A stretch of DNA of 64,000 nucleotides from Dehalococcoidia bacterium (GTDB lineage: Bacteria; Chloroflexota; Dehalococcoidia; UBA2979), in assembly GCA_965219085.1 (NCBI GenBank), contig OZ244720.1:416001-480000 (forward strand). Direction: 5' to 3'. The notes beneath the pieces are model-generated. The model made no database searches. It saw nothing but the letters and a program-made list of their open reading frames with translations, and was not told the DNA's origin. A program made the position numbers and the translations under genes. Positions 1 to 10,272 of the stretch are shown one piece after another (within the stretch, counting starts at the first letter, position 1; each line of letters starts with the position of its first letter).

Positions 1-11
1 CCACGCGCGAC

Positions 12-1315
12 GTGATGGAGCGCAGCCGCCGCGGGGCGTTGACCGCCCTGCCGCTCGCGGTGTTGGCCGCCCTCGCGCTGCTCGCCATCACGATCCGCTC
101 CGAGGCCGGACCCGGCCCCCTCGCCGCGGCGACGCCGACGCCCGACGCCGCGCTCAAGCAGCAGTGCATCGAGGGTGCGGCGGTGGGTTCGGGCAACGAC
201 GGGCTCGCGTCGGACTGCGCGCTGCTGCTGGCGGCGAAGGACACCCTGCGCGGCACGGCGACGTTGAACTGGAGCGCGAGCACAGCCATCGCCGACTGGA
301 CCGGCGTCGCGGTCAGCTCCAGCCTGCAGCGCGTGACGGGCGTGACGCCGACGAACCAGAGCCTCAACGGCGCAATCCCCACCCAGCTGGCCGGCCTCAC
401 GGAGCTGCGCGACCTGCAGCTCTCCTACAACGCCCTCACCGGCTCCATCCCCGCCGAGCTGGGCTCGCTCGAGCAGCTCGACATCCTCTACCTCTTCAGC
501 AACCAGCTCACGGGCTCGATCCCCGGCGAACTCGGCAACCTCGCCAACCTGCGCTTCCTCGGGCTCCGCGACAACCAGCTCAGCGGCGCCATCCCCTCCG
601 GGTTCGCAACGCTGTGGAGCCTCCAGGACCTCTACCTCAACAACAACCAGCTCAGCGGCGCGATCCCGGCCGCGCTCGGCGACCTCGGCCTGAGGGTCAT
701 CTACGTCTCCGGCAACAGCGGCCTCAGCGGCTGCATCCCCGCCGCGCTGAGCAGCGTTCGCTACAACGACCTCGCGACGCTCAGTCTGGACGACTGTGAG
801 GCGGAGGCGACGCACACGCTGACGGTGTCGAAGGGCACTGGGGGATCAGTCGATCCGGGCGCGGGCACGCACAGCTACCGCAGCGGGGCGCTGGCGCGCG
901 TGCTGGCCATACCGGGCTCCGCCTTCCGCGTCGCCTCGTGGGGCGGCGACTGCGCCGGCACGCCCCGGACGGAGACGGCGTGCGTGCTGACGATGGACGC
1001 GAACAAGACGGCGAGCGTGACCTTCGAACGCGCGCAGACGCTCACGGTATCGGCGGGCGAGGGCGGCAGCGCCGACCCTCCCGCCGGCTCGCACCGCTAC
1101 GCGCTGGGCGCGAGCGTGACGGTCACCGCGACACCCGACGGCGGCTACGCGGTGGCGTCGTGGGGCGACGACTGCAGCGGGAGCGCCACCACCTGCGTGC
1201 TGACGATGTCCGCGGACCGCAGGGTGAGCGTGACGTTCGTGCGCCTGAACACGCTCACCACCACAGGCCGGCGAGAGCGGGAGCATCGACCCCACAGCCG
1301 GCACCCACCTCTAGC
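12..1315 (+). pseudogene. Secreted leucine-rich-repeat protein with InlB-B/bacterial-repeat-like domains; frameshifted near 1266 and cut by IS481
   Basis: Signal peptide; plant-type LRRs (LTGSIPAELGSLEQLDILYLFSNQL); two repeats TLTVSxGxGGSxDPxAGxHxY...SWGxDC...CVLTM. A third repeat continues in another frame (AGESGSIDPTAGTHL*) up to the IS end. Confidence 0.8.
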
Positions 1316-2363
1316 TGTAGTGTCCCGGGACGTTGTTTACAGGCGTGAGGCGGGGACAGCCCCGCCGATACCGCCGTGCGGTCGGCGAGCATTGTAGCGA
1401 TAGAGCCAGCGCGGGAGCACGTGGAGGCGTTCGGCGTTGGAGCGGTATGGCCGGGCGTACGCCCATTCGTTCTGCAGGATCTGGATGAAGCGCTCGGCCT
1501 TGCCGTTCGTCTGCGGCCGGTAGGGTCGGGTGTGCAGCAGCTCCACGCCCGCGGCGGCGGCCGTGCTGCGGAAGCTGCGCGCGACGGTGTAGGCCTTGGC
1601 GTTGTCGGTCAGCACGCGCCTGACGCGCACGCCGCGCCGGCTGAACGCCGCGAGCGCCTGCTCGAGGAAGGCACTACAGCTCGCGGCCCGCTCGTCGGGC
1701 AGGGCGGCGACGTACGCGTAGCGGCCGTGGTCGTCCACGGCGACGTGTAGGTACTCAAGGCCCAGCGACCGTCCCCGCTGCGGCCCGGAGCGCGTCTCGG
1801 CGAAGCCGGGTGCGATGCGCTTACCGCCACCCTCGGGGATGCGCCCCAGCTTCTTCACGTCGATGTGCAGCAGGTCGCCGGGGGCTGGGTGCTCGTAGCG
1901 GACCGTCTCGCGGGTGACACGATGCAACCGGTCGAGGCGGTTGAGGCCAAAGCGCCTGAGCACGGCGTAGACCGTGGAACGGGCGAGCCCGAGCGCCCAG
2001 GCGATGCGATGCGGCCCGAAGCCCGCACTGCGGCGCACGGCGCAGATGCGTTGCTCCAGCTCGGGTGCGGTGCGCCGGGGGTTCGAGCGCGGCGCCGAGG
2101 TGCGGTCCTCGAGCCCGTCCGCTCCTGCCTCGCGGAAGCGCCGCACCCACTTCGCGACCGTTGGGCGCGAGACCGGGAAGCGACGGGCGACCTCGGCCTG
2201 CGGCCAGCCGTCCTCCACCTCCCGGACCAACTCCAACCGGGTGACCGGCGTCAGACGCGCGTTACGATGTGCCACGAGAGGCTCCTCCCCTGCTACTGGT
2301 GCTTGCAACACACACAGCAGCAGGCGGAGCCCCTCACCTGCAACAACCTACGTGGGAACTACA
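1316..2363 (-). mobile_element. IS481-family insertion sequence
   Basis: Ends 5'-TGT...ACA-3'. Imperfect terminal IRs tgtagtgtcccgggacgttgtt / revcomp tgtagttcccacgtaggttgtt. Flanks TCTAGC and GCTAGC fit the NCTAGN target of IS481. Confidence 0.92.
1337..2275 (-). CDS. IS481-family DDE transposase
   Basis: HRNARLT start, HTH, HIDVKKLGRIP, VLTDNA, RPQTNGKAERFIQ, YNARRPH. GTG start at 2275 after GGAGGAG. Confidence 0.95.
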   Translation of the reverse strand: MAHRNARLTPVTRLELVREVEDGWPQAEVARRFPVSRPTVAKWVRRFREAGADGLEDRTSAPRSNPRRTAPELEQRICAVRRSAGFGPHRIAWALGLARSTVYAVLRRFGLNRLDRLHRVTRETVRYEHPAPGDLLHIDVKKLGRIPEGGGKRIAPGFAETRSGPQRGRSLGLEYLHVAVDDHGRYAYVAALPDERAASCSAFLEQALAAFSRRGVRVRRVLTDNAKAYTVARSFRSTAAAAGVELLHTRPYRPQTNGKAERFIQILQNEWAYARPYRSNAERLHVLPRWLYRYNARRPHGGIGGAVPASRL

Positions 2364-2383
2364 GCTAGCGGCGTCCGAGGCTG

Positions 2384-3421
2384 CTACTGAAGCGGCAGCG
2401 GGGGCTGCCACCACGCCGGCCGCGCGCTCACCTCGATCGATACGACCCACTTCACCCAGTGGTAGCCGCGCCGCCCCGGCGCCACGAGGCGCGCCGGGAA
2501 GCCGTGCCCCGCGCTCAGTGGCTCGCCGCCGACGTGCGTCGCGAGCAGCAGGCCGCGCGCCTCACCCATCGGGAAGCGCCGCGAGTAGCCGGTGACCGAG
2601 CGCACGACGACGCTGCGTGCCTCCTCGCCCACGCCGGCGTCGCCGAGCAGCGCGTCGAGGGGCACGCCGGTCCAGTCCTGCGTCGTGTGCCAGCCGCCCG
2701 TGCAATCGAGCGTCGCGCGTCGCTGGGCGCTGGCGAGGGCCTCGATGTCCCCGTAGCCGAGCTCGAATGGCGACCGCACGTCGCCGAGGACATGGAGGCG
2801 CCAGCCCGCGCGGTTGAGGTGCTGGCGCTGGTCGCCGAGCCAGTTCGTCTGTGGGTGGGCGTTGCCGGTGAAGCTCGCCTCCTCGCGCGAGCCGGTGAAG
2901 CGCCGGTCGGCGGCGGTGACCGTCGAGACGACTTCGAGGCCGCGCCACAGCACGAACCCCGCGCCGCCGAGGGCGATCGTGCGCAGCGCCGCCCGCCGGC
3001 TCGCCATGTCGGCGGGCTTCACGCGCGGCCAGTGCGCGCTTGCGTGCGTGGCGAACGGGATCACGAGCACCACGGCGAGCACGGCGTGCAGCACCATCGG
3101 CCGCATCGAGCCGTAGCCGGGGATCGCGACCTCCGGTGCCGCGCCCAGTACCCACAGCAGCCCGACCGCGAGCGTGGCGAGGAACAGTACGCCGAGCAGC
3201 GCCGAGGGCAGCGCCCACAGCCCCGCGCCTTGCCGCATGAACGAGCGCATGACGATGCGCCACTTCCACACGAGCAGCACGATGAGCGTCATCCCGCCGA
3301 TGCCGTGTACCCACAGCACCCACGCGCCGTCGGGGCTTCCGGTGAGGTAGCTGCCAATGCCCGAGGCCAGCTCGAGCAGCAGCAGGGCGAAGATGGCGAG
3401 GTTCGTCGCGCGTGCGCTCAT
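2384..3421 (-). CDS. Membrane-anchored molybdopterin-dependent oxidoreductase (sulfite oxidase/MsrP-like)
   Basis: N-terminal TM helices; LDCTGGW, HGFPARLVAPGRRGYHWVKWV. Confidence 0.85.
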   Translation of the reverse strand: MSARATNLAIFALLLLELASGIGSYLTGSPDGAWVLWVHGIGGMTLIVLLVWKWRIVMRSFMRQGAGLWALPSALLGVLFLATLAVGLLWVLGAAPEVAIPGYGSMRPMVLHAVLAVVLVIPFATHASAHWPRVKPADMASRRAALRTIALGGAGFVLWRGLEVVSTVTAADRRFTGSREEASFTGNAHPQTNWLGDQRQHLNRAGWRLHVLGDVRSPFELGYGDIEALASAQRRATLDCTGGWHTTQDWTGVPLDALLGDAGVGEEARSVVVRSVTGYSRRFPMGEARGLLLATHVGGEPLSAGHGFPARLVAPGRRGYHWVKWVVSIEVSARPAWWQPPLPLQ

Positions 3422-3564
3422 CGCCGGTCTCCGAGCGTGGTGGCGGTGCATTCCAGCCTACACCGCGGACCGATCGACTCGAGGGGCGGGAGAAGGCGCG
3501 CGCTATCATCGGCGCGCTTCCGCGCGATCGCCGTTGCGGTCGCTTGGCGCGAGGAGGTCGGCCG

Positions 3565-4476
3565 ATGACAGGACGGATGACGGAGCCGTTGAGCGGCCGC
3601 GTGGCCGTCGTCACCGGCGCCGGCCGCGGCATCGGAGCCGCGACTGCGCGCCAACTCGCGATCATGGGCGCGCGCGTCGTCGTCAATGACCCCGGCGTGA
3701 ACCGGGCAGGGGAGGGACTCGACCGCGGGCCCGCCGACGGCGTCGTGCGCGCGATCGCCGAGGCTGGCGGGACGGCCGTCGCCAACTACGACTCGGTCGC
3801 CGACTTCGAGTCGGCGGGCCGCATTATCGAGACGGCGCGACGCGAGTTCGGCGGCATCGACATCCTGGTGAACAACGCGGGCATCTCCGCCGGCGCGCCG
3901 ATTCAGCACCTCGAGCCCGAGCTGTTCGACACCGTCGTCGGCATCCACCTGCACGGCACGTACAACTGCACGCGCCACGCAGTCCCCGACATGATCGAGG
4001 CGGGCTGGGGGCGCGTCGTGAACCTCGTCTCGCGCGCCGGGCTGCTCGGATCGGCGGGCGCGGCGGCCTACGCGGCGGGGAAGGGCGGCATCTACGGCTT
4101 CACGAACGCCATCGCGCGCGACCTCGAACCGCTCGGCGTGACGGTCAACGCTGTCAACCCCGCCGCCACGCACACGCGCATGGTGAGCGAGGCGCTCGAG
4201 GAGGCGCGCGAGCGCGGCCTCGATGACGCCTCGGCGCAGCGCATGCTCGCGATCGCGCAGCAGCCCGAGGAGCTGGCGACGGTGATCGGGTTCCTGTGCA
4301 CCGAGGAGGCGGGCGGGATCAGCGGGCAGACGTTCTTCGTGCAGAACGGCGCCGTCGGCCTCTTCGCCCCGCTGCAGGTCACGCAGACACTGCTGACCGA
4401 CGAGGACTGGACGCCGGAGACCCTCGCGGAGGCGGCGAAGCGACTCCAGCTCCACCCCCTCGGGCAGCTCTACTGA
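3565..4476 (+). CDS. SDR-family NAD(P)-dependent oxidoreductase
   Basis: VTGAGRGIG, DILVNNAG, YAAGK; GAGGAGG RBS. Confidence 0.93.
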   Translation: MTGRMTEPLSGRVAVVTGAGRGIGAATARQLAIMGARVVVNDPGVNRAGEGLDRGPADGVVRAIAEAGGTAVANYDSVADFESAGRIIETARREFGGIDILVNNAGISAGAPIQHLEPELFDTVVGIHLHGTYNCTRHAVPDMIEAGWGRVVNLVSRAGLLGSAGAAAYAAGKGGIYGFTNAIARDLEPLGVTVNAVNPAATHTRMVSEALEEARERGLDDASAQRMLAIAQQPEELATVIGFLCTEEAGGISGQTFFVQNGAVGLFAPLQVTQTLLTDEDWTPETLAEAAKRLQLHPLGQLY

Positions 4477-4495
4477 CCAACGGGATGAGATAACG

Positions 4496-4969
4496 CTACA
4501 GTCTGAAGCCCTCGCGGCGGGCGAGTTGGATGAAGTCGATGCACTCTATTCCCAGCTCATCGCAGACGTCCGGTATCTTGTGTGGCTTCGTTGGGCGGGT
4601 TCGACGCTTCTCGTAGGTGACTACTGCGCAGCGGTTGATTTGCGCTACCGAAATCACGAATGGGTCGGCGACACTGCGCTCGCGCTCCACGTCGACCAAT
4701 GTCGGAAACCCATCGTTGATGTCGCGCGCTTGTCCCTGTACGGCAGCATCGGTCGGGACTATCAGGTGTTCGCGTTCTTGTACCCATGCGAGGAGATCGT
4801 CGTCCTTCTCCTGCAACTCTACGTGCACTTCCTCACTTATCAGCGCCGTACCGCGTGTGATCAAATCCGCGGTGAAGTCCCATACCCCTGGGAAGACGTC
4901 AGGAGGATATAGATCTCGCCAGTTGCCGATCAATATGCTCGAGTCAATGCTGTATCGAGCATCCCCCAT
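4496..4969 (-). CDS. DUF4411-family PIN-like protein (putative toxin)
   Basis: YSIDSSILI...YPPDVFPGVW...ADPFVISVA...VVTYE...KIPDVC pattern; less GC-biased codons. Confidence 0.8.
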   Translation of the reverse strand: MGDARYSIDSSILIGNWRDLYPPDVFPGVWDFTADLITRGTALISEEVHVELQEKDDDLLAWVQEREHLIVPTDAAVQGQARDINDGFPTLVDVERERSVADPFVISVAQINRCAVVTYEKRRTRPTKPHKIPDVCDELGIECIDFIQLARREGFRL

Positions 4970-4976
4970 TGCCAGC

Positions 4977-6128
4977 CTATCCGACTTCCTGAGATACGCG
5001 CTCGAAGTGTTTCGCACGCACACCAAGGTACTCTGCCGCGTCTGCAGTTGTGATGCTCCCAGTATCCAATGCGGACAGCACTAGCCCGGAATAGTATTTC
5101 CCGGATAGAGAAACGCTGTTACGGGGTGGCGAGGGGCCACCCCCGCCCCGTTCTGCGCGTTGCTGACGGTCCTCAACTCGGCTGAGCTCGAAGCGCTCTG
5201 CAAGTTCATCTCGCCTAGCGTGGTATTCGGACTGCGTTATCGAGCCGTAGTCAAGCAGGCGGCGCCAGATGACTTCTTCACTCACGCCGTATGTTCTGGC
5301 GGTCCACGCTACCGAGTCATCGTAGGGCCGTGGCGCCTGCCTCTCGAAGTCTGACGAGGGAACTAGCGCCTCGGCTGCAACAGCGTTGCAGTACTGCTCG
5401 GCAGCATCATCACCGCGCAGGTCACACAACCCGGTTCGACCGAGAGCCAAGTGTGTCAGCTCATGGAATAGGGTGAAGACTTTGCCCGCCTGAGCGTCCT
5501 TGCGATTGACTACGACCGCTGGGAGTGTCTCCGCGCGCAACGAGAAGCCGCGCATTTCGTTGAGCTCGACATCCGCTGACTGGAAGACCAGAACTGATGC
5601 TCGTTCAAACAAAGTTCTCCAGTTGTTGAAGGTCTCCCTCCCTGCGGGCCAGCTCTTCTGTGTGTCGAGATCGACACCGAGGAAATCCCTCACAAGCCCC
5701 GCTGACCCACGAGGCTCCGTGTCTATCTGAATTGACAGGGAGAACGTGCGGATGTCTTCCTCTAGCTCCTCCGCGAGATCTAATGCGATGCGTTGGCGGA
5801 AGCGTGCCCGCCGTATCTCACGAGCGAGCGCGGGGCTGATATCCCTGGTGTCACCGACCGTCCCGAGGCGAAAATCCGCGATGGGGACGACGGCCGGCGG
5901 GGGCTCGCTACGGAAGAGGGCCGCGAACGGCCGTCGATAGACACTTGCTATCTTGCGCAACTGTTTCAGGGTAGGTGGTCGTTCGCCACTCTCCCACTCC
6001 GAGAGGCGCTCAGGCTTCACTTGCAGTCTGCGTGCTGCGGCGTCGATGTCATACGCCGCTGATTCCCGCGCCCAGCGCAGGACTTCGGGCTGCACGAGAG
6101 CCATCTGACGAGGCACGGTCGCCTCCAC
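4977..6128 (-). CDS. XRE-HTH / ImmA-IrrE metallopeptidase fusion (putative antitoxin/regulator)
   Basis: LRWARE...WESGERPPTLKQL HTH; FTLFHELTH (HExxH); EQYCNAVAAEALVP. Confidence 0.88.
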   Translation of the reverse strand: MEATVPRQMALVQPEVLRWARESAAYDIDAAARRLQVKPERLSEWESGERPPTLKQLRKIASVYRRPFAALFRSEPPPAVVPIADFRLGTVGDTRDISPALAREIRRARFRQRIALDLAEELEEDIRTFSLSIQIDTEPRGSAGLVRDFLGVDLDTQKSWPAGRETFNNWRTLFERASVLVFQSADVELNEMRGFSLRAETLPAVVVNRKDAQAGKVFTLFHELTHLALGRTGLCDLRGDDAAEQYCNAVAAEALVPSSDFERQAPRPYDDSVAWTARTYGVSEEVIWRRLLDYGSITQSEYHARRDELAERFELSRVEDRQQRAERGGGGPSPPRNSVSLSGKYYSGLVLSALDTGSITTADAAEYLGVRAKHFERVSQEVG

Positions 6129-6138
6129 TAGTACGCCG

Positions 6139-7113
6139 CTATGCGCCGTTCAGCGCACGGTCGAGCGCCGCGAGTTCGTCGGCGGCCCAGCGCTGCGACA
6201 GCGCCGAGTTGGGCACGAGCCCCGCGGAGCCGTGGAACGCGCCAGGGTAGACGTGCAGCTCGACCGGGACGCCTGCCGCCATCAGCCGCTGCGCGTACGT
6301 CACATCCTCGTCCACGAAGAGGTCGAGCGTGCCGACGTTGATGTAAGTGGGCGGCAGCCCGGCAAGGTCCGAGGCGCGGGCTGGGGCGGCGTACGGCGAG
6401 ACGTCGTCGCCGCCGGCGTTGCCGGCGAGGTAGGCGTCCCAGCCCTGGAGGTTGGCCGCGCGGTTCCACACCCGCTCGTCCGTGATCGCCTCGCTGCTGC
6501 GCGTCGTGTTGGTGTCGTCGATCATCGGGTAGACGAGGAACTGGAAGCTCACGTCCACCTCGCCGCGGTCGCGCGCGACGAGGGCGAGCCCGGCGGCGAG
6601 CCCGGCGCCCGCGCTGCCGCCACCGATCGCGATGCGGCTGGCGTCGATGCCGAGCTCGGCGGCCGCTTCGGCGAACCACGCGAGGCCCGCGTAGCAGTCC
6701 TCGATGGGCGCGGGGAACGGGAACTCCGGCGCGAGCCGGTACTCGACCGAGGCGACGAGCACGTTGAGCGTGTCGGCGATGCCCGCGCAGTACGGATCGC
6801 TCATCTCGACGTTGCCGAGGACCATGCCGCCGCCGTGGATCCAGTAGAAGGCGGGGGCGTTGGTCCGGAGCCCGGCGGGCCGGTAGGTACGGACCATCAC
6901 GTCGGGCGCGCCCTCGGGGCCCGGCGCCATGTGGTCCTCCATCGCGACGTTGTCGGGCATGGGCGCGGCGGGCATCGCGGCGCGCCGCTCGGCCATGCCC
7001 GCACGCGCTGCCTCGATGTCGGCGAGGTCCATGCGCATCGGCATGGTGTCGAGGACGGCGCGGTGCTCAGCGTCGAGCTGCAGGTTGAGGTCAAGTGCGG
7101 GCGAGGTGGTCAT
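6139..7113 (-). CDS. Alpha/beta hydrolase (HSL-family esterase)
   Basis: HGGG, YRLAPE, GGSAG nucleophile elbow, HG motif. Confidence 0.92.
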   Translation of the reverse strand: MTTSPALDLNLQLDAEHRAVLDTMPMRMDLADIEAARAGMAERRAAMPAAPMPDNVAMEDHMAPGPEGAPDVMVRTYRPAGLRTNAPAFYWIHGGGMVLGNVEMSDPYCAGIADTLNVLVASVEYRLAPEFPFPAPIEDCYAGLAWFAEAAAELGIDASRIAIGGGSAGAGLAAGLALVARDRGEVDVSFQFLVYPMIDDTNTTRSSEAITDERVWNRAANLQGWDAYLAGNAGGDDVSPYAAPARASDLAGLPPTYINVGTLDLFVDEDVTYAQRLMAAGVPVELHVYPGAFHGSAGLVPNSALSQRWAADELAALDRALNGA

Positions 7114-7266
7114 CGTGCGTCTCTCCGTAGGTGCATGCGTCGTGTCGGGCCGATGGTACAACCTCGCGCGCGATCGACAACGCTCCCGTGGGGACCCGGC
7201 GGCGGTTCTGTTAACGTGCGCATGCGCATCATCGGATGTTAGGCTGGGCGGCGTCGGAGGACGCTC

Positions 7267-8487
7267 GTGGCCCCCTTCCTCGCGCCGGACTGGTTCAACG
7301 ACTCGTACCTCGGCATCGAGGTCGAGCAGTACGTCGGCCTCGCCATCCTGGTCGCCGTGGCGCCCCTTACGTACGCGATCATCTCCCTGGCGCTCAGGCT
7401 GTACCTGCGCGCGCGCCTCCACGAAGACGACCGCGAGTTCTGGGAAAAGGAGCGGTCGCGGTTGGGGCGCGCGCTCTGGGCGCTGGCCGTGGCGATCACG
7501 TTCTTGCTGGGCTTCCCCGCCCTCGGCTTCCCCGAGGCGGTCGAAAGCATCGTCGATCAGATTGCGAGCCTGCTCGGCGCAGGGGCGCTCGTGCTGCTCG
7601 GCTTCCGCGGCGTCGACATCTTCACCAACGTGCTCAAGCGGCGCGCGGAGCTGACCGCGAGCCGCCTCGACGACCAGCTCGTGCCGGTCACGAACACGGT
7701 TCTCAAGGTGGCCACGCTCGTGATCGGGATGCTCTTCATCCTGGGCAACCTCGGAGTCAACGTGACGTCGCTGGTGGCCGGGCTCGGACTGGGCGGGCTG
7801 GCGGTCGCGCTCGCGGCGCAGGACACGTTCCGCAATCTGCTCGGCGGGGTCACGATCTTCGCGGACCGGCCGTTCCAGGTCGGCGACTGGGTGGTAGTCG
7901 GGGGCATCGAGGGGACGGTCGAGTACGTGGGGTTCCGCTCCTCGCGCGTGCGAACCTTCTACAACTCAGTCGTGACGGTGCCGAACGGGCGCATTGTCGA
8001 CACGCACGTGGACAACATGGGTATGCGCCAGTGGCGGCGTTACAAGACGACCCTCGGGCTCGACTACCACACGACGCCCGACCAGGTGCAGGCGTTCGTC
8101 GAGGGTATCCGCGCACTGATCCGCGCGAATCCGGGCATGCGCCAGGACTTCTACATCATCGAATTCACCGAATTCGCTCCGTCCTCGCTCGACATCATGG
8201 TCTACTGCTTCATCGACGCGCCGGACTGGAACGCCGAGTTGCGCACGCGCCACGTGCTGAACCTCGACATCATGCGGCTGGCCGAGGAGCTGGGCGTGGA
8301 GTTCGCCTTCCCCACGCAGACGCTGCACGTCGCCTCGCTGCCGGGTCAGCCGGCCGAGGTCCCCGAGGCGCCGGGACGGGAGCGGCTCGGCGAGGCGGTC
8401 GACGGCTTCGGCCCGGCGGGCAGCAGCGGTCAGCGCACGGACCAGCCGATCACGTCGGGCTACGACAACGCGCCGGACGGAGCGTAG
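7267..8487 (+). CDS. MscS-family mechanosensitive channel
   Basis: GLGGLAVALAAQDT, DRPFQVGDW, VTVPN, FAFPTQT. Confidence 0.93.
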   Translation: MAPFLAPDWFNDSYLGIEVEQYVGLAILVAVAPLTYAIISLALRLYLRARLHEDDREFWEKERSRLGRALWALAVAITFLLGFPALGFPEAVESIVDQIASLLGAGALVLLGFRGVDIFTNVLKRRAELTASRLDDQLVPVTNTVLKVATLVIGMLFILGNLGVNVTSLVAGLGLGGLAVALAAQDTFRNLLGGVTIFADRPFQVGDWVVVGGIEGTVEYVGFRSSRVRTFYNSVVTVPNGRIVDTHVDNMGMRQWRRYKTTLGLDYHTTPDQVQAFVEGIRALIRANPGMRQDFYIIEFTEFAPSSLDIMVYCFIDAPDWNAELRTRHVLNLDIMRLAEELGVEFAFPTQTLHVASLPGQPAEVPEAPGRERLGEAVDGFGPAGSSGQRTDQPITSGYDNAPDGA

Positions 8488-8558
8488 CTCGTCCGACCGC
8501 GCTCAGGACTCCTCGCCTTCCGCCCGCTGTGCGCGCTCCCTGCTAGACTGCGCGCGCC

Positions 8559-10238
8559 GTGACCATCGTCATCGACCGCGATGTGCCCGTACCGATGCGC
8601 GACGGCGTCGTGCTCCGCGCCGATGCCGTGCGCGACGCGCAGGCGGGGCAGACGCCCGCGCTGCTGTTGCGCACGCCGTACCTGAAGGAAGGCAACTTCT
8701 CGTCGGTGTTCTCGCCCTTCGACGCCGTCGCGCGCGGGTACGCCGTCGTGATCCAGGACTGCCGCGGCACCGGTAAGTCCGACGGCGAGCTGCACCCCTT
8801 CCTGCAGGAGATCGATGACGGCTACGACAGCGTCGAGTGGTCCGCGGCGCAGGAGTGGTGCGACGGGCGCGTCGGCATGTACGGCATGTCGTACATGGGC
8901 GCGACGCCGTGGCTCGCCGCCATCGCCGCGCCGCCGTCCCTCGCTGCGATCGCGACGTTCATGACCGGCTCCGACTTCCTCGAGGGCTGGACTTACGAGG
9001 GCGGCGCGTTCCATCTCGGCTTCAACACCGGCTGGGTCGCCGCTAACCTCTCGCTGCGCGTGCTCGAACGCAGCGGCATCGACCGGGCGGCCTACGAGGA
9101 GCGCGAGGGTCAGGCGATGCGCGCACTCGCGCGACTGCGCGCGACCGGCGCCTTCACGCCACTCGACGAACTGCCGCTCTACCGCACGGTCGCGCCCGCG
9201 CCGTACTACTTCGACTGGCTCGCGCGACCGGAGCGGGACGAGGAGTGGGAGACGGTCTCGATCGCCGCGCAAGCGGGCAACGTCACCGTCCCGGCGCTCG
9301 GCGTCGGCGGCTGGTACGACCTGTTCGCGGGCGGGCCGCCGCAGACCTTCGGCGCCGTGCGCGAGCGCGGCGCCACCGAGGCCGCGCGCGAGGGCCAGCG
9401 CCTGGTGATGGGCCCCTGGAACCACTCGCTCCCGGCGAATTCCATCGTCGGCGCCGTCGACTTCGGGCGCGAGGCAGCGCCCGACCTCGGCGAGCGCGTG
9501 CTGCGCTGGTTCGACTGGCAGATCCTCGGTCGCGAGCCGTCCGAGGAACTCGTGGCGCCCGTGCGCTACTTCACGATGGGGCCCAACACCTGGCAGGAGG
9601 CCGAGACGTGGCCGCCGCCGGAGGCCTCGCCGACCTCGTTTTTCCTGCGCGGCGACGGCGCCGCGAACGCGGCGGGCGGCGACGGCCGCCTCGAACGCGA
9701 GCCCGGCGCCGACGAACCGCCCGACGAGTTCCTGTACCACCCGCTGCGGCCCGTGCCGACCGTCGGCGGCGGGGGCCGCGTCGACGGCGCGTTCGACCAG
9801 AACCGCGTCGAGGGGCGGCAGGACGTGCTCGTCTACGACTCGGCGCCGCTCGGCGAACCCCTCGAGGTCAGCGGGCCGCTGTCGGTCGAGTTGCACGTGG
9901 CAACCAGCGCGCCGTCGACGGACTTCACCGCGAAACTCGTCGAGGTCGCGCCGGACGGCTTCGCGCGCAACCTCGGCGACGGCATCGTGCGCGCTCGCTT
10001 CGAGCCGGGCGTGGTGCGCGCCGTGACCATCGACCTGCGGCACACGAGCAACGTCTTCGCGGCCGGCAGCCGCATCCGGCTCGAGGTGTCGAGCAGCAAC
10101 TTCCCGCGCTTCGACCGCAACCCGAACACGGGCGAGGCGCCCGCGTCGGCGACACGATTCGTGCCCGCGCACCAGTACGTGCATCACTCCGCGGCGTATC
10201 CCTCGAGCCTGATCCTGCCCGTCGTCGCGACCGTGTAG
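8559..10238 (+). CDS. CocE/NonD-family hydrolase
   Basis: VPMRDGVVL, RTPY, QDCRGTGKSDG, GMSYMG, GPWNH, SSSNFPRFDRN. Confidence 0.93.
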   Translation: MTIVIDRDVPVPMRDGVVLRADAVRDAQAGQTPALLLRTPYLKEGNFSSVFSPFDAVARGYAVVIQDCRGTGKSDGELHPFLQEIDDGYDSVEWSAAQEWCDGRVGMYGMSYMGATPWLAAIAAPPSLAAIATFMTGSDFLEGWTYEGGAFHLGFNTGWVAANLSLRVLERSGIDRAAYEEREGQAMRALARLRATGAFTPLDELPLYRTVAPAPYYFDWLARPERDEEWETVSIAAQAGNVTVPALGVGGWYDLFAGGPPQTFGAVRERGATEAAREGQRLVMGPWNHSLPANSIVGAVDFGREAAPDLGERVLRWFDWQILGREPSEELVAPVRYFTMGPNTWQEAETWPPPEASPTSFFLRGDGAANAAGGDGRLEREPGADEPPDEFLYHPLRPVPTVGGGGRVDGAFDQNRVEGRQDVLVYDSAPLGEPLEVSGPLSVELHVATSAPSTDFTAKLVEVAPDGFARNLGDGIVRARFEPGVVRAVTIDLRHTSNVFAAGSRIRLEVSSSNFPRFDRNPNTGEAPASATRFVPAHQYVHHSAAYPSSLILPVVATV

Positions 10239-10272
10239 GCTGAACTCGGCGACAGGCGAACGGAGGACGCTG

